Shown: positions 1 through 7,749 of the stretch, in pieces
How the letters are laid out: the number at the start of each line of letters is the position of its first letter
Numbering within the stretch: position 1 is the stretch's first letter
From: an uncultured Chloroflexia bacterium
GTDB taxonomy: Bacteria; Chloroflexota; Dehalococcoidia; Dehalococcoidales; RBG-16-60-22
Assembly (NCBI GenBank): GCA_963759785.1
Contig: CAVXAM010000009.1
Span: 17,593 to 81,592, forward strand
Length of the DNA stretch: 64,000 nucleotides
Direction: 5' to 3'
Notes under the pieces: generated by a model
The model's input: the letters and a program-made list of their open reading frames with translations, nothing else
Database searches by the model: none
What the model was told of the DNA's origin: nothing
Translations under genes and position numbers: made by a program

Positions 1-1
1 A

Positions 2-427
2 CACATCGACCAGCTTATCGAGCTGATTAACGAGGTATCCGGCGACCAGTCGATACTCATCGTGGATGATGACGCCGATATCTGCGATACACTTACGAAA
101 ATCCTGGAGTCGCAGGGGTACAGCGTTTTAACCGCCGGCAGCGGCGAAGAAGCGGTCTCGATGTCCAAGGAAAAGACCTGCCAGTTGGCTTTTATCGACG
201 TTAAACTACCGAATATCGACGGATTGGAAACACTCCTTAGGCTGAAAGAAATTAACCCCGATATGATTGTTATCATGATGACCGGGTTCCGTAACGAGGT
301 TAAAGAAGCGTTGGATAAAGCGCAGGCGGCATCGGCGATAACCTGTCTTTATAAACCCTTCGACCCCTCCGAAGCGGCTAACTTAGTCAGAAAAACAATC
401 GCCAAAAAACATCACTTAGGTAAGTAA
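2..427 (+). CDS. response-regulator receiver domain; 3' part of a gene that starts upstream of the window
   Basis: Frame open from base 2 (HIDQLIELINEVSGDQSILIVDDD...); REC motifs IVDDD, FIDVKLPNIDG, IMMTG, YKPF; stop 425-427 abuts next ATG. Confidence 0.8.
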   Translation, partial: HIDQLIELINEVSGDQSILIVDDDADICDTLTKILESQGYSVLTAGSGEEAVSMSKEKTCQLAFIDVKLPNIDGLETLLRLKEINPDMIVIMMTGFRNEVKEALDKAQAASAITCLYKPFDPSEAANLVRKTIAKKHHLGK

Positions 428-2044
428 ATGAAAGCTAAAGAAAGCATACTGGTCGTGGATGACGACCTCGACTTTCTGGGCGTCATCCAACAAATACTGG
501 AAAAGAAGGGCTATCGCATCAGCACCGTCTCTTCAGCAGGAGAGGCGATATCGCTTTTAAAAGACCATTTCTATAACGCCGCTATTCTGGATATCAGCCT
601 GCCTGATGCCGATGGTACCGACCTGCTTACGAAAATCCTGGAACTGCATCCCGAAATAATCGCGATAATGCTGACCGGTCATTCCTCGGTGAAGAACGCC
701 GTACAGTCGTTAAACCGCGGCGCGTTTTCGTACCTGGAAAAGCCGTTGAACCCGGAAAATCTCCTGACCGTACTTAACCGGGGCATGGAGAAGCAGCGAC
801 TTGTTTTTGAAAACCATAAACTGGTGACGGAACTGGAGCGGCATAACCGCATCACCAATACCCTCCTTAGCATCTCGCAGGCAGTTACGCAAACGCTCGA
901 CCTGCAGAAAATAATCGATTCCGCTTTAGCAAAGGTAACCGAATGCACCGGTTTAGAGGTATGTTTTATTTATCTCCGCGACAAAGATAAGCTAAAGCTC
1001 AAGGGACACCGCGGGCTCTCCATCCAGACGGTTCTAGATATACCTCAAGAATTAAATACAGCATCCGGAATATTCAGCAATATCGTCGAGCAGTCGGGAC
1101 CGATTATTATCGAGGACTTGAAAAAAGCCAAGGAAGTGGATTTGAAATTCTTAAATGAATTCGGCTACCGCTCGTTTGCCGGTGTGCCGTTGACTATCTT
1201 AGGCGAGAACATTGGCTTGTTAGGAATCGCTACCGATTTTAATCAGAGTTTCAGTCCCAACAACATCGAACTGCTGACAGGTATTGCACGTGAAATATCC
1301 ATCGCGGTCAGGAACGCCCAGCTTTACGAAGACGCTTCCAGTGCTAAGGCTTTACGCGAATTGGACTCGATGCGCACCGAGTTCCTGGCTAATGTATCAC
1401 ACGAGCTGCGTACGCCTCTGGCTGTAATCAAGGGCTCTGCTAACAGCCTGCTGCAACCCGACGTTATTTTCGACGAGCAGACGCGGCGGGAATTTCTAAT
1501 TTCAATAGATAAAGATGCCGATACACTGACCCGCCTTGTTGACGACCTGCTGATGATATCGCGTCTTGAGGCAAACGCTCTGGAGGTCAGGAGAAAACCG
1601 AGCCGACTAAGCGATGTTATCGCCGCTATTAAAGACAGACTGGAAAATTTAACTGTCAAACACCATTTACATATCGATATCCCGGATGACTTGCCATCGA
1701 TAAACATCGACGAAGGACGTATCGGCGAGGTGCTGACTAACCTCGTCGAAAACGCAGTCAAGTTTTCCGAGGATAACACGAATATATCAATCCGGGCTAT
1801 TTACAAACACAAGGACATAATCATTAACGTTGCCGATGAAGGCATCGGCATTCCTCCCGAACTGCACCAGAAAATATTCGAGCGTTTCTTCCAGGGGGAT
1901 GGACGCAAAGCAGGACGGAGAAAAGGAACCGGTCTGGGGCTGTCAATTTGCCAGGGTATTATTGAAGCTCATGGAGGGAAAATAACCGTCGAAAGCAAAC
2001 CCGGTCATGGGGCAAAATTCAGCTTCAGTCTTCCGGTTAACTAA
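428..2044 (+). CDS. hybrid sensor histidine kinase (N-terminal REC, GAF-like middle, HisKA + HATPase_c)
   Basis: REC motifs (VVDDD, ILDISLPDADG, LTGH, EKPL); H-box SHELRTPL; N/G boxes NLVENAVKF, DEGIGIP, GTGLGLS. Confidence 0.9.
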   Translation: MKAKESILVVDDDLDFLGVIQQILEKKGYRISTVSSAGEAISLLKDHFYNAAILDISLPDADGTDLLTKILELHPEIIAIMLTGHSSVKNAVQSLNRGAFSYLEKPLNPENLLTVLNRGMEKQRLVFENHKLVTELERHNRITNTLLSISQAVTQTLDLQKIIDSALAKVTECTGLEVCFIYLRDKDKLKLKGHRGLSIQTVLDIPQELNTASGIFSNIVEQSGPIIIEDLKKAKEVDLKFLNEFGYRSFAGVPLTILGENIGLLGIATDFNQSFSPNNIELLTGIAREISIAVRNAQLYEDASSAKALRELDSMRTEFLANVSHELRTPLAVIKGSANSLLQPDVIFDEQTRREFLISIDKDADTLTRLVDDLLMISRLEANALEVRRKPSRLSDVIAAIKDRLENLTVKHHLHIDIPDDLPSINIDEGRIGEVLTNLVENAVKFSEDNTNISIRAIYKHKDIIINVADEGIGIPPELHQKIFERFFQGDGRKAGRRKGTGLGLSICQGIIEAHGGKITVESKPGHGAKFSFSLPVN

Positions 2045-2057
2045 AGGGGGAACAGCT

Positions 2058-2765
2058 ATGGACAAAAAAAGCATACTCATCGTGGACGACGACCCGGCGA
2101 TACTAAGACTCCTTAGCACGAATCTCAAAGCGCGCGGCTATGAGATTTTCACCGCTACGGATGGCGAAGAGTCGCTGGAAGCCGTTCAAAAAGACTTCAT
2201 TGACCTGATTATTCTTGACTTAATGATGCCCAAGGTTGACGGCGTCGAGGTTTGCCGCCGCGTCAGAGAATGGTCGGATGTGCCGATTATCATTTTAAGC
2301 GCTCGCGGCGACGAGAACGATAAGGTAAAGTGCCTCGATCTTGGCGCCGACGACTATCTGACCAAGCCGTTCGGCATCGCCGAGCTAATGGCGCGCATCA
2401 AGACCGCCTTCCGCCACCGCGGTGACCCCACCGTATCCCCCGCCCTATCAACTTTTACCTGCGACGGGCTGGAAATTAACTTCGCCAAGCGTCGCGTTAC
2501 CGTCAACGGAAAAGAAATAACGCTTACCCCCACCGAGTTCGCTTTACTCCAGCAACTGGCAGTAAATTCTGATAAAGTCCTTACCCACAACATGCTCCTT
2601 CAGAGCGTCTGGGGCAACGAATATTCCTCGGAAAAAGAATATCTGCGGGTGTTCGTGGGCAGGTTACGCCGCAAGCTTGAACCCGACCCCAAGAACCCAA
2701 AGTATATCCAGACCATCCCCGGGGTAGGCTACCATATCGCGACATCGTCCGCGGCAGCGGCTTAA
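2058..2765 (+). CDS. OmpR-family DNA-binding response regulator (KdpE-like)
   Basis: ATG at 2058 preceded by AGGGGG; SILIVDDD, ILDLMMPKVDG, LSARGDENDK, YLTKPF; winged-helix tail YLRVFVGRLRRKLE...GVGY. ORF-track start 2007 overlaps the kinase and was trimmed. Confidence 0.9.
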   Translation: MDKKSILIVDDDPAILRLLSTNLKARGYEIFTATDGEESLEAVQKDFIDLIILDLMMPKVDGVEVCRRVREWSDVPIIILSARGDENDKVKCLDLGADDYLTKPFGIAELMARIKTAFRHRGDPTVSPALSTFTCDGLEINFAKRRVTVNGKEITLTPTEFALLQQLAVNSDKVLTHNMLLQSVWGNEYSSEKEYLRVFVGRLRRKLEPDPKNPKYIQTIPGVGYHIATSSAAAA

Positions 2766-2790
2766 AGTCTAGTTTTTTAGTAATATTGAA

Positions 2791-2817
2791 GGGGGCTTGA
2801 AAAAGCCCCCTTTTTTA
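2791..2817 (+). terminator. rho-independent terminator
   Basis: GGGGGCTT-GAAA-AAGCCCCC hairpin followed by TTTTTT. Confidence 0.75.
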
Positions 2818-2851
2818 TTTGTCTATTACCCGCATTTTAGAGTAAAATCAG

Positions 2852-2876
2852 TTAAACATTTTCGTACTATGTTTAA
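2852..2876 (+). promoter_or_regulatory. 8-bp inverted repeat TTAAACAT-N9-ATGTTTAA abutting the RBS of the SnoaL-like gene
   Basis: Perfect palindrome arms read directly; right arm ends at the AAGGAG RBS (2876-2881). Confidence 0.3.
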
Positions 2877-2888
2877 AGGAGTTGTCTC

Positions 2889-3659
2889 ATGTCAGAAAAA
2901 GAACTGGAAGCCCGAATCAAAGCCCTGGAAAAGAAAGTCGGATTATTAGAAGACTTTAATGAAGTAAAAAGACTACAGCGCGTCTATAGCTACTATGTGA
3001 TGCACATGATGCGCGACGAAATCGCCGACTGCTTTGCCGACGACCCAGACGTCACGTTACACTGGCTGGAAGGCACCTGGAAAGGCAAGAAAGGCGTTAA
3101 TCGCTATTTCGGCGTCGGCACCGATAGACCGGAACCCCCGCCCGGCTTCCTGCACCAGGTAATGCCCATCGCCGGGGTAGTGGACGTCGATGACGACGGC
3201 AAGCACGCTAAAGGACGCTGGTACTCTTTCGGCGGCGTTGCCGTGCCTAACCAGCAGACCGGTAAGACCAGCCCCTCCATCGTCGGCGGTCTTTATGAAA
3301 TCGAGTATATTAAACAAAACGGCAAGTGGAAAATGTGGAAGGTGGATTGGATTATCCCGTTAAATATCAGAATCTCACCGGATTACTGGGGTACTGTCGA
3401 AGAACTCGGTAAGATGATTGAAAACTTTAAAGCGCCCGGGGCTGATATCCCGGCGGTTAAGGGCGACCCGCGTTTCGTTTCCGGCTACATCTTCCCCTTC
3501 CATTATAACCACCCCGTCACCGGTAAACCGACATCCGAAAAAGCCAAAAACGCTAAACTATTATCCAACGTTAAAACCGCCGCTAAAATCGCTCAATCAA
3601 CGCTGGCAACAAAATCCAGTGGCAAGGCTAAAGCGAAGCCAAAATCGAAAAAGAAATAA
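2889..3659 (+). CDS. SnoaL-like / NTF2-superfamily protein with Lys-rich C-terminal tail
   Basis: AAGGAG RBS; N-terminal coiled segment then LQRVYSYYVMHMMRDEIADCFADDPDV...W.GKKGVNRYFG pattern typical of SnoaL_4-like proteins; tail KSSGKAKAKPKSKKK. Confidence 0.6.
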   Translation: MSEKELEARIKALEKKVGLLEDFNEVKRLQRVYSYYVMHMMRDEIADCFADDPDVTLHWLEGTWKGKKGVNRYFGVGTDRPEPPPGFLHQVMPIAGVVDVDDDGKHAKGRWYSFGGVAVPNQQTGKTSPSIVGGLYEIEYIKQNGKWKMWKVDWIIPLNIRISPDYWGTVEELGKMIENFKAPGADIPAVKGDPRFVSGYIFPFHYNHPVTGKPTSEKAKNAKLLSNVKTAAKIAQSTLATKSSGKAKAKPKSKKK

Positions 3660-3687
3660 CGTAATTTCTTTAAAGGAGTACTTAACA

Positions 3688-4134
3688 ATGGCGACGAAAA
3701 CGAAATACGGAAAGTGCTTTCATAGCGCTGACCTGATTAAGAAAATCCCCTATTACGGCGGGAAGTCGATTGTGGCGCATAACGGCGAACTGGATGCAAA
3801 CTGCTCTATCGGCTATCACTGTATCGCCAAGAAGATGTCCTTCGACCATGTCCACGCTCATGCCTTCCCGGAGATGCTCTGTTTCATCGGCGGTAACCCG
3901 CAGGATATTAGCGACTTCGGGGCTGAAATTGAGTTCACACTGGGTGGTGAAAAACACAAGATTGTCAAGCCGACGGTAGTCTCTATTCCCAGCAATGTTA
4001 AGCACTGCCCTATCGTCTTCACTAAAGTTACCAAGCCGCTCATTTTCCTGGAAATTTCACTAACGCGTATCTGGAAACCGAGCGGTCCCCCGCCAAAAAA
4101 GAAGCCGACTACTTTAAAGAAAAAGAGGAGTTAA
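3688..4134 (+). CDS. cupin-like protein, paralog 1 of 5 (uncharacterised family)
   Basis: ATG 3688 with AAGGAG 11 nt upstream (ORF-track start 3418 overlaps previous gene); HAHAFPEML...GGNP...DFGAE...IPSNVKHCP cupin-type HxH..E / P..H signature; basic tail. Confidence 0.65.
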   Translation: MATKTKYGKCFHSADLIKKIPYYGGKSIVAHNGELDANCSIGYHCIAKKMSFDHVHAHAFPEMLCFIGGNPQDISDFGAEIEFTLGGEKHKIVKPTVVSIPSNVKHCPIVFTKVTKPLIFLEISLTRIWKPSGPPPKKKPTTLKKKRS

Positions 4135-4139
4135 AAATA

Positions 4140-4625
4140 ATGGCTGAATCTAAGTATGCTAAATATATCGTCTACGAACCCCCCAAGCCGAAGCCCGGCG
4201 ATAAACCCTTCCCCCAGCCCAAACGCCTCGTAGAAGCGCGGGAGAAAGGCAACTACTTCGATGGCACTTGGTTGTTCGCTCTAGATAACCGAATTGTCGG
4301 CGGATCTTTCTATACCAATTGCGTCTGGCTCTTAAAAAAGCACGGTGCCGACCCGCTGGAAATCGAGATTGCCCACACCCACAATTTCGACGAGACGCTG
4401 GGTTTCGTCGGCACTGTGCCGGGCGACCCTCATGCTTTAGGCGGTGAAATGGACCTCTGGCTGGAGGACGAAAAATTCACCATCACCAAAAGCTGCCTGA
4501 TTTATGTTCCCCACGGCATGAAGCACCTGCCGCTGACTCTAAAGAGGATTGACTACCCTATTTTCTTCTGGACGGCGGGCAACGGCACTGATTATACTCG
4601 TTCTTCCGGCAACGAGGAGGTCTGA
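4140..4625 (+). CDS. cupin-like protein, paralog 2 of 5
   Basis: 5 nt after paralog 1; HTHNFDETL...GTVPGDP..LGGE...VPHGMKHLP. Confidence 0.65.
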   Translation: MAESKYAKYIVYEPPKPKPGDKPFPQPKRLVEAREKGNYFDGTWLFALDNRIVGGSFYTNCVWLLKKHGADPLEIEIAHTHNFDETLGFVGTVPGDPHALGGEMDLWLEDEKFTITKSCLIYVPHGMKHLPLTLKRIDYPIFFWTAGNGTDYTRSSGNEEV

Positions 4626-4626
4626 T

Positions 4627-5109
4627 ATGGATAAAACCAAATACGGCAAGTATATCTTAAGAGATGCCTTCAAAAAGCACCACCAGATGGAAGGACTATC
4701 CGCCAACGGCGAAGAGATGAACGCCGATTGTATCGTGACGCACCATGTGTTCTACAAACCGGAATACGTTCTTAAAGAGTCGCATTTTCACGATGACTTC
4801 ATGCAGATTCTCTGCTTTCTGGGAACAAACCCGAAAAACGTCCGTGATTTCGGCGGGGCGGTTATCGAGCTTTGTTTGGGTAAGGAAGAAGAAAAACATA
4901 TTATTAGTTCCCCGGTTATCGTCCCTATCCCTAAAGGGCTCCCCCACGGCCCCCTTTACTTTAAAAAACTCCCCAAGCCCGTCATCTTCCTGGAGATAAT
5001 GCTGACGCGTAAATACCACAGCAATCTGCCGCCCCCTCCCCAAACCGCCACTAAAGCTAAACCCGCGGCTAAGAAAAAGGCTAAACCTAAATTAAAAGTC
5101 AAGAAATAG
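4627..5109 (+). CDS. cupin-like protein, paralog 3 of 5
   Basis: ATG 4627, 1 nt after paralog 2 stop; MDKTKYGKYIL; HFHDDFMQIL...GTNP..DFGG...IPKGLPHGP; Lys/Pro-rich tail. Confidence 0.65.
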   Translation: MDKTKYGKYILRDAFKKHHQMEGLSANGEEMNADCIVTHHVFYKPEYVLKESHFHDDFMQILCFLGTNPKNVRDFGGAVIELCLGKEEEKHIISSPVIVPIPKGLPHGPLYFKKLPKPVIFLEIMLTRKYHSNLPPPPQTATKAKPAAKKKAKPKLKVKK

Positions 5110-5303
5110 CTAAAACTTTAGTAACGAATATCGACTCTATAGTTATGTAAACTATAGTAGTATTTCTGGTGTTTTTCCCTTTACCCTAACCCACTTCATC
5201 ATTAACAAGATATTTATCTTATTATCACCACCGTTTATGCTATATTTATCGGCGCGATGTTAGTCTATTAGTGAATTTGAAACGAAACTCGAAGGAGACT
5301 AAC

Positions 5304-5714
5304 ATGAGGCCGAAAACGAAAATCCTCGCCATTACCCGTGACCAGACGATGGTGACCCTGCTTCAAAAAGAACTAAACGATGGCAACTATGAAATCATCA
5401 GTACTGAGCATAACGACATCCAGCTAAAAGACGTCGTCGAGGCAGAATATCCCGATTTTATTATCCTCGATATCGTTATACCTACGCTCGATGGCATCGG
5501 TGTCTGTCTGGCGCTCCGCCAGTGGACGCAAACGCCGATCATGATGCTTAGTACCTGGGACACCGGCAACGGTATGGTTCGGGGACTCAATCTCGGCCGC
5601 GATAATTACCTGACGGATCCTTTCAGCGTCGATGTACTGAAAAAGAGAATCAATGATACGTTGAAACGAGCGAAGGTCGTACCATCCGGAAGCCTGCTGT
5701 TAAACAAGAACTAA
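5304..5714 (+). CDS. stand-alone receiver-domain protein with degenerate active site
   Basis: ATG 5304 after GAAGGAG; REC fold motifs DFIILDIVIPTLDG and MMLST kept, but acidic pair is RD and the conserved Lys is Asp (YLTDPF). Confidence 0.7.
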   Translation: MRPKTKILAITRDQTMVTLLQKELNDGNYEIISTEHNDIQLKDVVEAEYPDFIILDIVIPTLDGIGVCLALRQWTQTPIMMLSTWDTGNGMVRGLNLGRDNYLTDPFSVDVLKKRINDTLKRAKVVPSGSLLLNKN

Positions 5715-5743
5715 AGTAATAGTATCTAGTACAGATTCTTTAG

Positions 5744-5771
5744 GGGCTTAGTAAAAACTAAGCCCTTTTTC
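5744..5771 (+). terminator. rho-independent terminator
   Basis: GGGCTTAG-N6-CTAAGCCC followed by TTTTT. Confidence 0.7.
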
Positions 5772-5888
5772 TTTACATACTACCCCCCAAATCCACTGGG
5801 TGCTGACACTCAATGTTTATGTTTTATTTACAGCTATACGCTAGCTATTTATGTGTTATTACTCGCCGTAGTTATAAGCTGGAATCGT

Positions 5889-6386
5889 ATGAAAAGAGCC
5901 ATCTTTTTCGCTATAGTCGCAGCTATAATACTAATACCCTCGGCGGTTGCCTACGGCTACGAAAGAGCTAATGCGGCAGATATCTCGATAAACATCGAGG
6001 CAGCCGACCAATCACAGGTGCCAACCGTTCACATATGGGGGAATTACACCGGCACTATTTCAGACGGCGACCTCTTCACCATCGATACTTCCGGAGCGAC
6101 GGTTGATACGACGTTCACCCTGGTAATGTCGAATCTTGACGAGCTCATTAATTATTATCGCTTTCTTACTATGAATATTAGTATCTATGTTCAATCCGGC
6201 ACGGATGGCTGGGAAAAAATGGTTACGGCTGAAATGCTAATCACTATGGAAAATGGGGAACTGACTTTTTCACTGCCGGGCAACGCCAAATACAAAGTTA
6301 CGGTCGAAAGCGGCTCTTATCACAGTTTCAGTTTTACTAGAGGCAAAAGCGTCGCTATCCCACAGTTTTCGCTTACTGCCAGTTAA
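5889..6386 (+). CDS. hypothetical secreted or membrane-anchored protein
   Basis: MKRAIFFAIVAAIILIPSAVAYG signal/anchor-like N-terminus; no recognisable domain; start could also be the GTG at 5853. Confidence 0.5.
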   Translation: MKRAIFFAIVAAIILIPSAVAYGYERANAADISINIEAADQSQVPTVHIWGNYTGTISDGDLFTIDTSGATVDTTFTLVMSNLDELINYYRFLTMNISIYVQSGTDGWEKMVTAEMLITMENGELTFSLPGNAKYKVTVESGSYHSFSFTRGKSVAIPQFSLTAS

Positions 6387-6416
6387 CCTTAAAACATTAC
6401 GTTCGGGGAGGTAAAT

Positions 6417-6635
6417 ATGATCATATTATGGATTAGGAAAAATAAAGACAATAAACATGACCTTTTAGAAAACAGGGGAAGTCAGACCTTCCAGGAACAT
6501 GACGAACTCATGAAAAAATTCCGTCTCGCCCATTCCGACCTCGCCGTTAGCAGTCTTAAAGACATTCTAACGGAAGACGGGATGTTATTACACCCGATAC
6601 AGCCCATCGAGCTCTGGGAGAATATTCAGAACTAA
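6417..6635 (+). CDS. hypothetical small protein (72 aa)
   Basis: GGAGG RBS 7 nt upstream of ATG; no recognisable motif. Confidence 0.4.
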   Translation: MIILWIRKNKDNKHDLLENRGSQTFQEHDELMKKFRLAHSDLAVSSLKDILTEDGMLLHPIQPIELWENIQN

Positions 6636-6659
6636 TAACCAACTTTTTCGGTCATCTAA

Positions 6660-6699
6660 AGCTCTCTTTCGTGATAGCGACAAGGGAGCTTTTTCTTTT
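6660..6699 (+). terminator. rho-independent terminator
   Basis: AGCTCTCTT...AAGGGAGCT 9-bp stem (one G-U) followed by TTTTTCTTTT. Confidence 0.6.
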
Positions 6700-6766
6700 A
6701 CCTCGATATCGCCTTAGCTTGGTTAATTTGCTACTCAAGAAATCAAAATGATAAAATGTTCAATGC

Positions 6767-6842
6767 GGGCCGCTAGCTCAACTGGCAGAGCAGATGACTC
6801 TTAATCATCAGGTTCGAGGTTCGATTCCTCGGCGGCTCACCA
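6767..6842 (+). tRNA. tRNA-Lys (anticodon CUU)
   Basis: Cloverleaf by eye: acceptor GGGCCGC/GCGGCTC, anticodon stem GATGA/TCATC with loop CTCTTAA, T-loop GGTTCGATTCC, encoded CCA. Confidence 0.9.
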
Positions 6843-6895
6843 TCGTTAAATCATCTTATTACCCTTTCTTGTTTAGCAAAAATAGAGTCGACTAA

Positions 6896-7741
6896 ATGAA
6901 GTCAACTGCAGTAGCACAAAACAAAACATTATCCGGCAAAGTTGCGATTATCACCGGCGCGGGGAGTGGTATCGGTGCGGCTACCGCCCGGCGGTTTGTG
7001 GCTGACGGCGCTAAGGTCGTGATGAACGACATCGACGAAAATAACCTGCAGCAAACGGCTGGTACTTTACCAGCTAAGTCAGTTAAAGTCTGCCCGGGCG
7101 ATGTTACCATTATCAACGATGTTAAGCGCATGATAGATACGGCGCTGGCTTTCGGGGGTAAAATTGATATCCTAGTCAATAGCGCCGGCATCGACCCGCC
7201 CTCTAGAGAAACGGATATCCATAAGTCGCTTGACCTCTGGCATAGAATTATTGATGTCAACTTGACCGGCCCCTTCCTGACGATGCAGCTGGCGATTCCG
7301 CAGATGATTAAAAACGGCGGTGGGGCGGTCGTGAATATATCTTCGCTGTCGGGTTTACGCTATATGTCCGGGCGTCCGGCATATCACGCCTCGAAAGCCG
7401 GCTTAATTACGCTAACCCAGCAAGCGGCGGTGGAATATGGACCCGCTAAAGTTCGCTGTAACGTTATCTGCCCCGGTCCCGTCAGGACGCCTCTCTTCGA
7501 AAATAACACGCGTCCCCTGGCGAAAATGCTGGGCAAGGATATCGAGTGGATTTTCGAGAAATTCGTTTCGTTTTCGCCTTTACGGCGCATGGGCAAACCC
7601 GAAGAAATCGCCAGCATTTGCAGCTTCCTAGCAAGTGATGATGCCTCGCTATTGACCGGCGCGGTACTGGTGGCTGACGGCGGCACTTCACTGCTCGACG
7701 CTAACGGCGTGGCGATGAGTACCATCTTCCCCAAAAAGTAG
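6896..7741 (+). CDS. SDR-family oxidoreductase
   Basis: TGAGSGIGAATA dinucleotide motif, NSAG, catalytic YHASK. Confidence 0.9.
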   Translation: MKSTAVAQNKTLSGKVAIITGAGSGIGAATARRFVADGAKVVMNDIDENNLQQTAGTLPAKSVKVCPGDVTIINDVKRMIDTALAFGGKIDILVNSAGIDPPSRETDIHKSLDLWHRIIDVNLTGPFLTMQLAIPQMIKNGGGAVVNISSLSGLRYMSGRPAYHASKAGLITLTQQAAVEYGPAKVRCNVICPGPVRTPLFENNTRPLAKMLGKDIEWIFEKFVSFSPLRRMGKPEEIASICSFLASDDASLLTGAVLVADGGTSLLDANGVAMSTIFPKK

Positions 7742-7749
7742 GCCAAGCT

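Noticed and set aside
2007-4626. Long upstream extensions of ORF-track calls (2007-2057, 3418-3687, 4549-4626)
   Set aside because: Each overlaps the preceding gene. Internal ATGs at 2058, 3688 and 4627 have proper RBS or coupling distances and give the conserved family N-termini.
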